From NCBI GenBank assembly GCA_016292785.1, contig JAEDFL010000004.1, positions 3,637-67,636 on the forward strand: a stretch of DNA of 64,000 bases. Direction: 5' to 3'. The position numbers and the translations under genes are program-made. Origin of the DNA: Clostridiaceae bacterium. Its GTDB lineage: Bacteria; Bacillota; Clostridia; Oscillospirales; Acutalibacteraceae. The notes under the pieces were generated by a model. That model had not been told where the DNA came from. It made no database searches and saw nothing but the letters and a program-made list of their open reading frames with translations. This document shows, piece by piece, positions 27,392 to 37,779 of the stretch (the stretch's first letter is position 1; every line of letters begins with the position of its first letter).

Positions 27392-28723
27392 TTAATCAAT
27401 TTTGAAGCATTTATTATAGCCCTCAGACCAATTTTTTATGCGCTTGCGGTCATATCTTACGGGCATAGCTTTTGTAATTGCCATAACTGCGGCAATCCTT
27501 GTGTTCATTCCGAGCACCTTCTTGGAAAGCGCAAAATCATTGATAAAGCCCTTAACCTTTGATTTGAGAGAATCTAAGTTCAGCAGCTTTTCAATAAAGC
27601 ACATAATGCTGTTTGTGTCCGCACCGAAGGTCAAATCCTCGGAGTTGAGAATATTGTTATCAAAGAAATAGTCAACGTCTCTCGGAGAAAAGCGGTCAAC
27701 CATAAGCTTGATAACAGCAAGCGGAGCAAGACCGTTGCCGAGTTTTTTATAAAACTCACGCTGATATTTCCAGAGCGTTTCGGCGGTGTATAATTCCTCC
27801 TCGTCCTCAATTATCGCATCGGCAAGGAGCTTAGCCGCTTTCAGGCTGTTGGCAATTCCCGAACCGATGATCGGCACGGTCATAAATGCGCTGTCACCGA
27901 CTGCGGCATAGCCGTCCGCAACGAGAATACCGAGGGGCTGACGGACGGGAATTGTGACAAATTGACCGCCTCTGACAAACTCTGTGCCGAGATCATCGTT
28001 GATCTCACGGAGTTTTCCGAGGGTTTCCTCAACCTCCTCCTCGGTCAGAGGATCAAACTTGCCGATCAGCACATCGGTATATTCCTCATCGTCGGCAACC
28101 CAGCAGACCTGCGGCTTATCGTCAAACATAAGATAAACCCTGTATTTATCTTCCTCAACGGGAGCGGTTTTGTTATAAAACGCACGGTAGACATAGAAAG
28201 TATCGAATTTGTCGGTTTCTTTCTGTATGCCGAGTGCGTCGGGGAGCTGTTTGCGGACGGGAGAATTGAGGCCTGCGGCGTCGATGACAAGGTCGGCGTA
28301 AACCGTCTCGTCGGCGGTGCGGATACCCGCAACCCTGCCGCCGAGCATAACGGGAGCCTCAACCTCCGTTTCGTAGATAAACTTGACTCCGCAGCTTTCC
28401 GCATGGGAGATTATGTGATCGTAAATATCCTTGCGTTCCATCTGAATTTCAAGCTGTTCTTCGGGAACGTGCTGTTTGATCGGTTTCTCCCGTGAGGGGC
28501 TGAAAAAAGTCATATCGTTTTTAAGGCGGTATTTGTCCTCCGGCGGCATCTCCATTCCGCAGGTCAGAAGTCCTTTGCGGTCAAAGATATCCGTCCAGTC
28601 GTAACCCATGTCCTCACGCCTGTTTTTTTCGTAAACCGTAACATCAAAGCCATGTTGTGCCAGAATTGCGGCGGCGGCAATTCCGCCGTGACCGCCTCCG
28701 GCAACAACGATCTTTTTACCCAT
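27392..28723 (-). CDS. FAD-dependent oxidoreductase (geranylgeranyl-reductase / FAD monooxygenase-like)
   Basis: MGKKIVVAGGGHGGIAAAAILAQHGFDVTVYEK dinucleotide-binding motif. DLVIDAAG and GDSAF motifs. Confidence 0.8.
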   Translation of the reverse strand: MGKKIVVAGGGHGGIAAAAILAQHGFDVTVYEKNRREDMGYDWTDIFDRKGLLTCGMEMPPEDKYRLKNDMTFFSPSREKPIKQHVPEEQLEIQMERKDIYDHIISHAESCGVKFIYETEVEAPVMLGGRVAGIRTADETVYADLVIDAAGLNSPVRKQLPDALGIQKETDKFDTFYVYRAFYNKTAPVEEDKYRVYLMFDDKPQVCWVADDEEYTDVLIGKFDPLTEEEVEETLGKLREINDDLGTEFVRGGQFVTIPVRQPLGILVADGYAAVGDSAFMTVPIIGSGIANSLKAAKLLADAIIEDEEELYTAETLWKYQREFYKKLGNGLAPLAVIKLMVDRFSPRDVDYFFDNNILNSEDLTFGADTNSIMCFIEKLLNLDSLKSKVKGFINDFALSKKVLGMNTRIAAVMAITKAMPVRYDRKRIKNWSEGYNKCFKID

Positions 28724-28747
28724 TTTATTATGTACTCCTTAATCAGT

Positions 28748-30964
28748 TTATTCACAGTCCTCAATAAGACCGTAGTATCTTGCATACCAGTACGGATGAG
28801 TGAAGTTGGTGCAGGATTTGAAGCAAAGTCCCTTGTCGTTGCCCGTACCGGGGAACATCGTGTAGGCTGTCGGATCGTCCGACTTTTCAAATTTTGCCTG
28901 AGCCACGTCCTCCGCTCCGCTGTCAACTGTGAAACGGTTGCAGTCGTTGCTTGTAATTCTTCTTTCGTGAGCCGGAAGCGGATCAAAGAGCTGCGGCGGC
29001 ATACCGAGCTCTGTCGGAGCCATATCCCACTTGAGGTCGTTGCGGTAGCTGTTGTAAAGCGGCCACATAACCTGATCCATCGGGCAGTCCATAAGCTCGT
29101 CTATTGCGTCTTCGGCATTGTATCTCTCGCCCGTTGAAGCACCGTAAACGAAGTTGAAGAAAGCGTTTCTCTCAACCTTTTCGTCCTCCCAATGGTGAGT
29201 AAGTCCCATTGCGAAAATCGAGCGGAGATTCGGATCATCCGTATATTTCATCAAAAGAGATATCATAAGGAAATCGTGGCTGTCGTCAATGTGAAGCAGA
29301 TGTCCGTCGGGAATCTTATACTGCATAAGGTTCATTGCAAAATGCTTCTGTCCTGCAAATTTCACAAAGAGCTTTTCGTACTTCTCGTCGCCCGTGATGT
29401 GATAGCCGATCTTCAGGAATGTGAGCATCTGCAGGGAGTTCGTGCCCTTTTCGTAGATCCACTTGTGATCGTTGTTGAGCAGGTCGGGATCCCAGTTTGC
29501 CCATGTTGTCGGAAGTCCGTCTGTGTCAATAAGGCGGAAATTATGGTCGATAATATGATTGAGTATCTTATTCACAACGTCGGCAATGAGTGCCTTTTCC
29601 TCATCGTCGGCAACAAGATCGTAATAGTTTGCATAGCAGTAGAAGTGACCGACCATCTCGTCAGAGGAGGTCTCGCCGAGCCATTCACATTCCTCGCCAT
29701 CCTCGTCCTTGGTGAAGTGCCATTCGTGACGTGCACCCGTGCCGTAATCTCTTGCATCGGGATATCTTATCGCTCTTGCGGTAAAGCCCTCAATTCCCGT
29801 TATCCTTGTAAGTCGGATCATCGCAAGAAGTGACCTCTTTGCCATTGCACGAACCTCGGGGTCCTTGGTGCAGGCGTATTCAAAGCAGAGAGCCGCCGTG
29901 TAAAGTCCTGTCCAGAGACCGTCATTATCGGTTGCGGGAACATAGCCCTCATCGAGAGAAACAACACCCTCATTATCAAGGTGACGGTCAAGGACATATC
30001 CACGGTTGACATTATATTTTTCAGTTTGAGAACGAAGCTCAACCGCCTTCTCTTTAAGCGACATCATTCTGGTTTCAAAGAGGCTGATGCCGTTATCGGT
30101 CGAAACGCAGACTGTTCCGTCGGGAGAGATAGCAACACCCGTTGCATGCGGACTCGGAAGCCAACGCTTGTAGCCGTAGTAGGACAGTCTGCCGTTGTGC
30201 TGATGAATAAGTCCCGTAGTTGTTGCAAAATATTTGTCTCCGTTTTCTGCGATCGCCATATCGGTGATATGAGCCTCGGGAAGTCCTGCAATCTTGGAAT
30301 GATCGAGCCAGTAGCTGTTGTCGTCATAGACGCATACGCCCTTGTCCGTGCCAACCCAGATGTTGCCGACGGGATCCATATAAAGGCAGGTGACGGTGTC
30401 GCTGAGCGAACCCGTAATGCCGTGCATAAGCTCCGACCAGTGCCAGCGTTTGCCTGCGAGGGCGTGAAGTCCGCCGCCGTTTGTTCCGACATAAACCTTG
30501 TTGTTCTTATATACGGCAAGACAGCTTCCCTTGCCGGGAACGCCGATCTCGATCTCATAGCCGCCCTTGCCGTCGAGCTTGTAGAGAACGGTTTCGGTCA
30601 GTATCCACGTTTTACCGTCAAGATCGACCTTGACGTCAACAAGCTTGGAGCTGAATTCCTTTGCGGATACTTTCTTCTTCCCGTCAAATTCAAGCATCGA
30701 ATTGCCTACGCCGACAAACATATGATTGTCCGCATCGAAATATATCATAGATATCTCAGCGTCCTTAACGCCGATGTTTACGGGAGAGAATTTCTCGCCG
30801 TCAAATCGTGCAAGTCCCTTGTCCGTGCCGACAAAAAGCACGCCGTTATTGTCGAAGCGCATTGCGGTCACGTTGTTTGATTTAAGACCGTTTTCGGTTG
30901 TTAAAACACGGCGTGTGAGCTGAGGAAATTTTTCTGTTTTTATAACCGTTTTGTAGTTATTCAT
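28748..30964 (-). CDS. cytoplasmic protein with an N-terminal beta-propeller (two-component-regulator-propeller-like repeats) and a C-terminal alpha/alpha-barrel-like domain; function unknown
   Basis: 738 aa with no signal peptide and a good RBS. It carries repeated GL.sN.Vtam..D..G.lwVGTd.GL blades (GVLFVGTDKGLARFDG, GNIWVGTDKGVCVYDD, GTVCVSTDNGISLFE). The C-terminal ~420 aa are helical and Trp/Tyr-rich (DNDGLWTGLYTAALCFEY, SSDEMVGHFYCYANYYD, DGLPTTWANWDP), reminiscent of (alpha/alpha)6 glycoside hydrolase folds. Confidence 0.7.
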   Translation of the reverse strand: MNNYKTVIKTEKFPQLTRRVLTTENGLKSNNVTAMRFDNNGVLFVGTDKGLARFDGEKFSPVNIGVKDAEISMIYFDADNHMFVGVGNSMLEFDGKKKVSAKEFSSKLVDVKVDLDGKTWILTETVLYKLDGKGGYEIEIGVPGKGSCLAVYKNNKVYVGTNGGGLHALAGKRWHWSELMHGITGSLSDTVTCLYMDPVGNIWVGTDKGVCVYDDNSYWLDHSKIAGLPEAHITDMAIAENGDKYFATTTGLIHQHNGRLSYYGYKRWLPSPHATGVAISPDGTVCVSTDNGISLFETRMMSLKEKAVELRSQTEKYNVNRGYVLDRHLDNEGVVSLDEGYVPATDNDGLWTGLYTAALCFEYACTKDPEVRAMAKRSLLAMIRLTRITGIEGFTARAIRYPDARDYGTGARHEWHFTKDEDGEECEWLGETSSDEMVGHFYCYANYYDLVADDEEKALIADVVNKILNHIIDHNFRLIDTDGLPTTWANWDPDLLNNDHKWIYEKGTNSLQMLTFLKIGYHITGDEKYEKLFVKFAGQKHFAMNLMQYKIPDGHLLHIDDSHDFLMISLLMKYTDDPNLRSIFAMGLTHHWEDEKVERNAFFNFVYGASTGERYNAEDAIDELMDCPMDQVMWPLYNSYRNDLKWDMAPTELGMPPQLFDPLPAHERRITSNDCNRFTVDSGAEDVAQAKFEKSDDPTAYTMFPGTGNDKGLCFKSCTNFTHPYWYARYYGLIEDCE

Positions 30965-30982
30965 TTAATTACTCCTTGTTTT

Positions 30983-31657
30983 TCAATCGTTTATGTAGTC
31001 CTCGACATTAAAATCGTCGATGGGGTTGAGGTCGTTTTCTCCCTCAATTTCGGGAACCTCGGCGATTATCTCCATCTTGCGGCCTCTTGACCACAGCGAC
31101 GGAGTTATGCGTGCCGTATAGCCGCAGCCGCCGGGTGTCATCCATTCGTGCATCGGAGCTTCGGGCAGTCCGAACAGCGTCATCAAAGCCATAATAACTC
31201 CGCCGTGGGTGACTATCGCCGAATGTGTCACACCCGTTTCTATCAGACCGTCAACGATCTTGATAAATGCAGTTGCGATTCTGTTTGCAAACTCATTGTT
31301 GCTCTCGCCGAAGGGCGGCTGAACGTCCGCTTTGCCTGCAAGCCAGTCGGGAAAGACGGGGTGATTATGAAGCTCCTCCGCCGTCTTTCCCTCGAATTCT
31401 CCGAAGTTGTATTCTATCAGACCGTCAATGACTATCGGATCACGGTCGGGATATAAAAGCTTTGCTGTCTGAGTACAGCGTGAGAGAGGGCTTGAAAAAA
31501 CCGCCTCAGCCTTTGGGTACCTGTAATCCTTTTTCATCTGCAAGATCTGTGCAACGCCCTCATCGCTGAGCGGCTCGTCAATGTGACCGATGTATTTGCC
31601 GCTGACATTGCCCTCGGTAAGTCCGTTGCGAATAAAATGAATATAATATGATTTCAT
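30983..31657 (-). CDS. histidine-phosphatase-superfamily (phosphoglycerate-mutase-like) protein with the RHG motif replaced by RNG
   Basis: YYIHFIRNGLTEGN at the position of the canonical l.RHGeT.wN motif. The codons CGC AAC GGA were read directly from the sequence. Other family motifs are retained (FSSPLSRCTQTA, EFNFGEFEGKT, IVTHGGVI). The start is ATG at 31657 or TTG at 31663, abutting or overlapping the glgA stop. Confidence 0.8.
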   Translation of the reverse strand: MKSYYIHFIRNGLTEGNVSGKYIGHIDEPLSDEGVAQILQMKKDYRYPKAEAVFSSPLSRCTQTAKLLYPDRDPIVIDGLIEYNFGEFEGKTAEELHNHPVFPDWLAGKADVQPPFGESNNEFANRIATAFIKIVDGLIETGVTHSAIVTHGGVIMALMTLFGLPEAPMHEWMTPGGCGYTARITPSLWSRGRKMEIIAEVPEIEGENDLNPIDDFNVEDYIND

Positions 31658-31659
31658 AC

Positions 31660-33081
31660 TCAACCTTTTAAAAGCTCCTTGTAAAGTCTGATATATGCGT
31701 TGGCGGAGCGTCCCCAGCTAAAGTCGCAGTTGAGCGCACGCAGAACAAGCTCGTTCCAGTCGCCGTTGTAGTAAAGAGTCAGGGCGCGGTAGATGGAGTC
31801 AAGCATATCGTGCGCATTGTAGCTCTTAAAGGTGAAGCCGTTGCCCTTGCCGTCGCCGCAGTCGGTTATGGAATCTCTGAGACCGCCCGTTTCACGGACA
31901 ATGGGGATTGTACCGTATCTGAGGGCAACCATCTGGGAAAGTCCGCACGGCTCACTCTTTGACGGCATAAGGAACATATCCGCACCGGCATAGATCTTTC
32001 TTGCAAGATCGGGGACAAAGCCGAGCCTGAGACCGACCTTGTCGGGATATTTCTCTGCAATCCAGCGGAAATAGCTTTCGTACTCATAGTCGCCCGAGCC
32101 GAGAATGACAAGCTGCATTTCCGCCTTTGAAAGAAGCTCGTCAAGAATACCCTTAACAAGGTCAAGTCCCTTGTGGGAAACAAGACGGGTGACCATTCCG
32201 ACAACGGGAACATTCGGCTTGACGGGAAGATTCATAAGCTTCTGAAGCTCCTCCTTGTCCTCCTTTTTGCCGGAGGGATCGGCGGCGGAATAGTTCACCT
32301 TGATGTCCTTGTCGGTTTCGGGATCGTAGCCGACTGTGTCAATTCCGTTAAGAATACCGCTGAGCTTGTAACGCCTGTCGTTGAGAATGGAATCCAGACC
32401 GTGAGAATACCACGGATCAAGAATTTCGTTCGCATAGGACGGGCTGACGGTTGTAACCTTGTCGGCACATTCGATTGCGCCCTTCATAAAGTTGACGCAG
32501 CCGTCATATTCAATCAGGGAAGCCTTGTCGGCAGGAATACCGAGCACGTCCTGAAGAAGCTCCATTCCGTAAATTCCCTGATACTGAATGTTGTGAATTG
32601 TGAAAACCGTTTTGATGTTTTCGTAGCCCGGAGAATTTGCGTACATTGCCGAATAGTAAACGGGTGTGAGAGCCGTCTGCCAGTCGTTGCAATGGATTAT
32701 GTCGGGCTTGAAGTCGATATGAGGAATTATTTCAAGTATCGCACGGGAGAAGAAAGCAAATCTCTCCGCATCATCATAGTGACCGTAGATCGTGTCACGC
32801 TTGAAATAATACTGATTGTCCAAAAGATAGTATATAACGCCGTTGTGCTTTGCCTCGAAAATTCCGCAGTACTGACGTCTCCAGGCAACAGGAACCGAGA
32901 TATGAGTGATGAACTTCATCTTGTCCTTTAGCTCCTGACGGATCGTATCGTACATCGGCATAACAACACGGCAGCCGATAAGCCTTTTTCTCAGCGCATG
33001 GGGCAGGGAGCCTGCAACGTCGCCGAGTCCGCCGCTCGCCATGAACGGAAGCGCCTCGGAGGAAGCGAATAAAACTTTCAT
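31660..33081 (-). CDS. glgA: glycogen synthase (ADP-glucose type)
   Basis: MKVLFASSEALPFMASGGLGDVAGSLP N-terminus. GT5 length of 473 aa. Confidence 0.95.
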   Translation of the reverse strand: MKVLFASSEALPFMASGGLGDVAGSLPHALRKRLIGCRVVMPMYDTIRQELKDKMKFITHISVPVAWRRQYCGIFEAKHNGVIYYLLDNQYYFKRDTIYGHYDDAERFAFFSRAILEIIPHIDFKPDIIHCNDWQTALTPVYYSAMYANSPGYENIKTVFTIHNIQYQGIYGMELLQDVLGIPADKASLIEYDGCVNFMKGAIECADKVTTVSPSYANEILDPWYSHGLDSILNDRRYKLSGILNGIDTVGYDPETDKDIKVNYSAADPSGKKEDKEELQKLMNLPVKPNVPVVGMVTRLVSHKGLDLVKGILDELLSKAEMQLVILGSGDYEYESYFRWIAEKYPDKVGLRLGFVPDLARKIYAGADMFLMPSKSEPCGLSQMVALRYGTIPIVRETGGLRDSITDCGDGKGNGFTFKSYNAHDMLDSIYRALTLYYNGDWNELVLRALNCDFSWGRSANAYIRLYKELLKG

Positions 33082-33096
33082 TTAACTCATCCTTTC

Positions 33097-34206
33097 TCAG
33101 ATTACTATTCCCTTGCCGATGAATACGGGGAACTTGACGTCACCCGAAAGATTCTTGTCGGGCTTGATAACGACATTCTTGTCCGCAATAACGCAGTTGA
33201 GCTTTACGTTGTCGCTTATATATGTGTTCTGCATAAGCACGCAGTTTTTGACGACTGCACCCTTGCCGATGTGAACACCTCTGAACAGCACGCTGTTTTC
33301 AACCGTACCCTCGATCACACAGCCGTCCGCAATAAGCGAGTTTGAGGCTTGGGAATCAAGACCGTAGATCGCAGGAACATCGTCCTTGACCTTTGTGAAA
33401 ACAGGCTTTTCGTTAGAGAAAAGCGCCTTGCGGTTCTCTTTTTTCAGAAGATCCATATTCGCTTCAAAGTAGCTCTGAATACCGTCGATTATCTTTACAT
33501 AGCCGTCAAATTCATAGCCGAATATTTTCAGGGATTTGATGTTTTTCTGAAGTACGTCCTCGGTAAAAGACCTGTAACCGAGACCGATCGCTTCGCTGAT
33601 AAGTCTTTCCAGCAGAGACTTTCTCATAAAGATAACATTGAGCGAGCAGTTAGCCTCTCCGTCACCCATTCTGCTGACCGAGGTTATTCTGCCGTCGCCG
33701 TCCAGCTCAAATTTTGAAAGCTCCTTGATAGCAGGGGACTGTGTGCGCTTGTAGGCAACGGTGATGTCTGCGCCCGTTGCTTCGTGACGGTTGAACATCT
33801 GAGAAAGATCAACGTTGTAGATCGCATTGCAGTCGGTCATGAGGACATATTCCTCCTCCGAATTACGCAGGAAATTCATTGCGCTTGAAATCGCTTCGAT
33901 CTTGTTGGAGTAGATGCCCGTGTTGCCGATATTGAAAGGCGGAAGAAGATACAGACCGCCGTTTTTTCTTGAAAGATCCCAGGCTCTGCCGTTTCCGACA
34001 TGATCCATAAGGGACTGGTAGTTGCTCTTGGTGATAATTCCGACCTTGCTCATTCCGCTGTTGACCATTGCGGAGAGCTGGAAGTCGATCAGGCGGTAGC
34101 GGCAGCCGTATGGCACGGAGCCCATGGAGCGGACCGAGGTTATCTCGCTGAGATAGCTGTCAAAGGTGTTTGAAAAAATAAGTCCGAGTACATTGTTTGC
34201 TCTCAT
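33097..34206 (-). CDS. glgD: glucose-1-phosphate adenylyltransferase, GlgD subunit
   Basis: It is homologous to GlgC but lacks the GGxGxRL motif (GLIFSNTFDS...VPYGCRYRLIDFQLS). Its position between glgC and glgA matches the Firmicutes operon. Confidence 0.9.
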   Translation of the reverse strand: MRANNVLGLIFSNTFDSYLSEITSVRSMGSVPYGCRYRLIDFQLSAMVNSGMSKVGIITKSNYQSLMDHVGNGRAWDLSRKNGGLYLLPPFNIGNTGIYSNKIEAISSAMNFLRNSEEEYVLMTDCNAIYNVDLSQMFNRHEATGADITVAYKRTQSPAIKELSKFELDGDGRITSVSRMGDGEANCSLNVIFMRKSLLERLISEAIGLGYRSFTEDVLQKNIKSLKIFGYEFDGYVKIIDGIQSYFEANMDLLKKENRKALFSNEKPVFTKVKDDVPAIYGLDSQASNSLIADGCVIEGTVENSVLFRGVHIGKGAVVKNCVLMQNTYISDNVKLNCVIADKNVVIKPDKNLSGDVKFPVFIGKGIVI

Positions 34207-34209
34207 TGC

Positions 34210-35421
34210 TTACGCCTCCTTTACATCTTCGCCGATCATTGCTTTCGGCTCGACCGTTGCGCCCTTGCCGATATTGACGCCCATTCCGACAACGGAAACT
34301 CCCCAGTCTTCAAGGTTTTCCATTTCCTCGGGACGTCTGCCGACCTGTGCTTTTTCCTCAACGGTAACGTTTTCTGCGACGATAGCATACTGAACGACCG
34401 CACCCTTTTTGACTACGCTGCCGGGCATAATAATGGAATCCTTGACAACTGCGCCCTCCTCAACGGTGACGTTGGCAAAGAGCACGGAGAAATCAACCTC
34501 GCCCTCAATCTCACAGCCCTCGGCAACCATTGAGTTCTGTACCTTCGCCGTGTCGGAAACATAATGCGGTCCCGTGACGGGATTCTTGGCGTAAATCTTC
34601 CAGCTTGTGTCCGTCAGGTCAAGGTCAACCTGGGGATTGAGCAGGTCGAGGTTTGCCTCCCAAAGGCTGTCAATCGTTCCGACGTCCTTCCAGTAGCCGT
34701 CAAATTCGTAGGCAAAAAGCCTTTCGTGGGCGGCGTGCATTGCAGGAATGAGATCCTTGCCGAAGTCGTTGCTTGAGTTCGGGTTTGCCTCATCGTCAAG
34801 CAGGTACTGTCTGAGCTTTTTCCACGAGAAAACGTAAACACCCATCGAAGCCTTGTTTGAACGGGGATTTTTCGGCTTCTCCTCAAACTCTGCGATTGAG
34901 CCGTCGTCGTTGACGAGCATAAGACCGAAGCGTGAAGCCTCCTCCCACGGCACTTCAAGCATTGCAATCGTGCAGTCGGCGTTCTTCTCCTTGTGGAAAG
35001 CGATCATCTTGGAATAGTCCATTTTATAGATATGGTCGCCCGAAAGAATGAGAACATATTCGGGATCGTATCTGTCGATGAAATTGATGTTCTGATAAAT
35101 GGCGTTGGCTGTTCCCTTGTACCATTCCGTGCCCGATATCTGCTGATAGGGTGAAAGAATGTGAACTCCGCCGTCGGCACGGTCAAGATCCCATGCCTGT
35201 CCGTTGCCGATATAGTCGTTAAGCTCAAGCGGCTGATACTGGGTGAGAACACCGACGGTATAGATGCCTGAGTTCACGCAGTTTGAAAGAGGGAAATCAA
35301 TAATTCGGTATTTTCCGCCGTAGGGTACGGCAGGCTTTGCAATGTTCTTGGTAAGAATACCCAGACGGCTTCCTTGTCCGCCTGCGAGAAGCATTGCGAT
35401 ACATTCATGCTTTCGGGACAT
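34210..35421 (-). CDS. glgC: glucose-1-phosphate adenylyltransferase
   Basis: [45 protein letters not shown]-terminal left-handed beta-helix repeats. Confidence 0.95.
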   Translation of the reverse strand: MSRKHECIAMLLAGGQGSRLGILTKNIAKPAVPYGGKYRIIDFPLSNCVNSGIYTVGVLTQYQPLELNDYIGNGQAWDLDRADGGVHILSPYQQISGTEWYKGTANAIYQNINFIDRYDPEYVLILSGDHIYKMDYSKMIAFHKEKNADCTIAMLEVPWEEASRFGLMLVNDDGSIAEFEEKPKNPRSNKASMGVYVFSWKKLRQYLLDDEANPNSSNDFGKDLIPAMHAAHERLFAYEFDGYWKDVGTIDSLWEANLDLLNPQVDLDLTDTSWKIYAKNPVTGPHYVSDTAKVQNSMVAEGCEIEGEVDFSVLFANVTVEEGAVVKDSIIMPGSVVKKGAVVQYAIVAENVTVEEKAQVGRRPEEMENLEDWGVSVVGMGVNIGKGATVEPKAMIGEDVKEA

Positions 35422-35435
35422 TACTATTCCTCCTT

Positions 35436-37367
35436 TTATTTGCTTGATTTTTTTGCAGATTTTTTGTTTGTATTTCTTCTTGCCGGCGGAGTGAGATAGA
35501 TAACGCTCATTCCGGCAAGATCAAGAGCTATGCTGTTGTCGAAGCCGTGCATCGGGATTTTTTCGCTTTTAACTTTTTCCGCCGTACCCTTGCCGCCTCC
35601 GCCGAATTCCTCGGAGTCCGAATTCAGGATAACCTTATATGTTCCCGATCTCGGAACGCCGATACGGTAGTTGTTTCTTTCAACATTGGTGAAATTGCAG
35701 ACCGCAATAATTTCTTTCTTGTCCTTGTCAATTCTCCTGAACGAGATTACGGAATTGTCAACATCGTCGTTGCTTATCCAGTTGAAGCCCTCCCAGTTGT
35801 AATCGACCTGCCAGAGCGGACTGAGCTTCTTGTACAGCGTGTTGAGCGTGCGGACATAGGACTGCATCTTCCTGTGCATATCGTAGTCAAGCAGTACCCA
35901 GTCAAGTCCCTGCTCATAATTCCACTCAATGAACTGGGCAAATTCCTGTCCCATAAACAGGAGCTTTTTGCCGGGGTGGGCGATCATATAGGCGTAAAAC
36001 GCTCTGAGACCCGCAAACTTTTCCTCGTAAGTGCCGGGCATCTTGTTTATCATGGAGCATTTTCCGTGAACGACCTCGTCGTGCGAAATCGGCAGAACAA
36101 AGTTTTCCGAGAACGCATAAAAGAACGAGAAAGTCAGACAGTTGTGGTTATACTTTCTGAAAAGTCCGTCCATTGAAAAATATTTCAGACAGTCGTTCAT
36201 CCAGCCCATATTCCACTTGAAGTTGAAGCCGAGACCTCCGTCACCGACAGGCTTTGAAACAAGCGGCCATGCCGTGCTTTCCTCGGCGATCATCATAACA
36301 TCGGGATATTCACGGAATATTGAAATGTTGAGGTTCTGTAAAAACTCCACGGCTTCAAGGTTTTCTCTGCCGCCGTGCTTGTTGGCTATCCATTCGCCGT
36401 CGTTCCTGCCGTAATCGAGATACAGCATTGAGGCAACTGCGTCAACCCTCAGACCGTCGATATGATATTTTTCAAGCCAGAACATCGCCGATGAGGTAAG
36501 GAAGCTTCTGACCTCATTCCTGCCGTAGTCAAAAACTCTTGTTCCCCACTGCAAATGCTCGCCCTTGCGGATATCCTGATATTCGTAACAGCAACGACCG
36601 TCAAATTCGTAAAGACCGTGAGCGTCCTTCGGGAAATGGGCAGGTACCCAGTCGAGGATAACGCCTATTCCCTCACGGTGACACTTGTCCACAAAATACA
36701 TAAAGTCCTTAGGCTCGCCGAAGCGTGAGGTAGGAGCAAAATAACCCGTGACCTGATATCCCCACGAGCCGTCGAACGGATGCTCACACACGGGAAGCAA
36801 CTCGATATGAGTATATCCCATCTCCTTTACATATTTTGTCAATTCGTCTGCTAACTGACGGTAGGAAAGAAAATTTCCGTCCTCGTGCTGTTTCCATGAG
36901 CCTGCGTGGACTTCGTAAATATTGATCGGGCTTTCATAGACATTGGCAGACTTTCTTTTTGCCATCCATTTCTCGTCCTTCCAGTCGTAGCCGTCAAGGT
37001 CGTAAAACTTTGAGGCTGTTTCGGGACGAGTTTCGGTATGGAAGCCGTAGGGATCGGCTTTGTAGCGTTTTTCGCCCGACTGAGCGGTAATGCAGTATTT
37101 GTAGTTATCAAACTGCTTTATGCCCTGAACGGTACATTCCCATACGGAGTTGTCATCAAGCTTTTTCATCGGATCGGCGTCTGTGTCCCAGCCGTTGAAA
37201 TCGCCGACAACGCTGACCGCCGCCGCATGGGGTGCCCAGACACGGAAGACAACCTTGTCCTCATTTGCAAGCTTATGCGAGCCGAGAAATTCATATGCCT
37301 TGGCATTCTTTCCCTGATGAAAAAGGTAAAGCGGAACTTCGTGGTTGTTTGTTTTTTTACTTTTCAT
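35436..37367 (-). CDS. glgB: 1,4-alpha-glucan branching enzyme (GH13)
   Basis: GH13 regions [27 protein letters not shown] and [10 protein letters not shown]. 643 aa. Confidence 0.95.
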   Translation of the reverse strand: MKSKKTNNHEVPLYLFHQGKNAKAYEFLGSHKLANEDKVVFRVWAPHAAAVSVVGDFNGWDTDADPMKKLDDNSVWECTVQGIKQFDNYKYCITAQSGEKRYKADPYGFHTETRPETASKFYDLDGYDWKDEKWMAKRKSANVYESPINIYEVHAGSWKQHEDGNFLSYRQLADELTKYVKEMGYTHIELLPVCEHPFDGSWGYQVTGYFAPTSRFGEPKDFMYFVDKCHREGIGVILDWVPAHFPKDAHGLYEFDGRCCYEYQDIRKGEHLQWGTRVFDYGRNEVRSFLTSSAMFWLEKYHIDGLRVDAVASMLYLDYGRNDGEWIANKHGGRENLEAVEFLQNLNISIFREYPDVMMIAEESTAWPLVSKPVGDGGLGFNFKWNMGWMNDCLKYFSMDGLFRKYNHNCLTFSFFYAFSENFVLPISHDEVVHGKCSMINKMPGTYEEKFAGLRAFYAYMIAHPGKKLLFMGQEFAQFIEWNYEQGLDWVLLDYDMHRKMQSYVRTLNTLYKKLSPLWQVDYNWEGFNWISNDDVDNSVISFRRIDKDKKEIIAVCNFTNVERNNYRIGVPRSGTYKVILNSDSEEFGGGGKGTAEKVKSEKIPMHGFDNSIALDLAGMSVIYLTPPARRNTNKKSAKKSSK

Positions 37368-37779
37368 TGCGTCACCTCGACAGACATAAATTTGATTTTA
37401 TATTAAAGCGATAGATGCATTGAGTTTGAAAATGCTTGCAGTCCACTTTGATTTATTCCTATACGTATTATATTGTATCAAAAAGAAAAGCAAAATTCAA
37501 GGTTTGGTTGATTATTATATTCAAACCGAGTGTAGAAAATGAAGGCTTCTTTTGTGTACTTTGTTACAAAAAAATCTTGCTTATATCTGCAATAACCGCT
37601 TTTTCGGACTAATTTCCGCCGTTTTTCCCGTGCCGGACGGCAATATCCGGCTCATCATTCGGGAAAAGAAAAATCCGCCGACGGAGATAATTCCGTAAAC
37701 GGATCGGTTCAGTCCATACTTTGCAGAAAGCAGGCGAAGCCTCGGCCAATGCCGAAACCTCGCCTGTTTATTCTTTTTC

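Noticed and set aside
37368-37779. Several small hairpins between cadA-like and glgB (for example TTTTCCCG...CGGGAAAA at about 37620-37675, CAGGCGA...TCGCCTG at about 37729-37765) as a riboswitch
   Set aside because: They are adequately explained as the ATPase terminator region followed by the AT-rich glgB promoter. I recognise no conserved riboswitch core.
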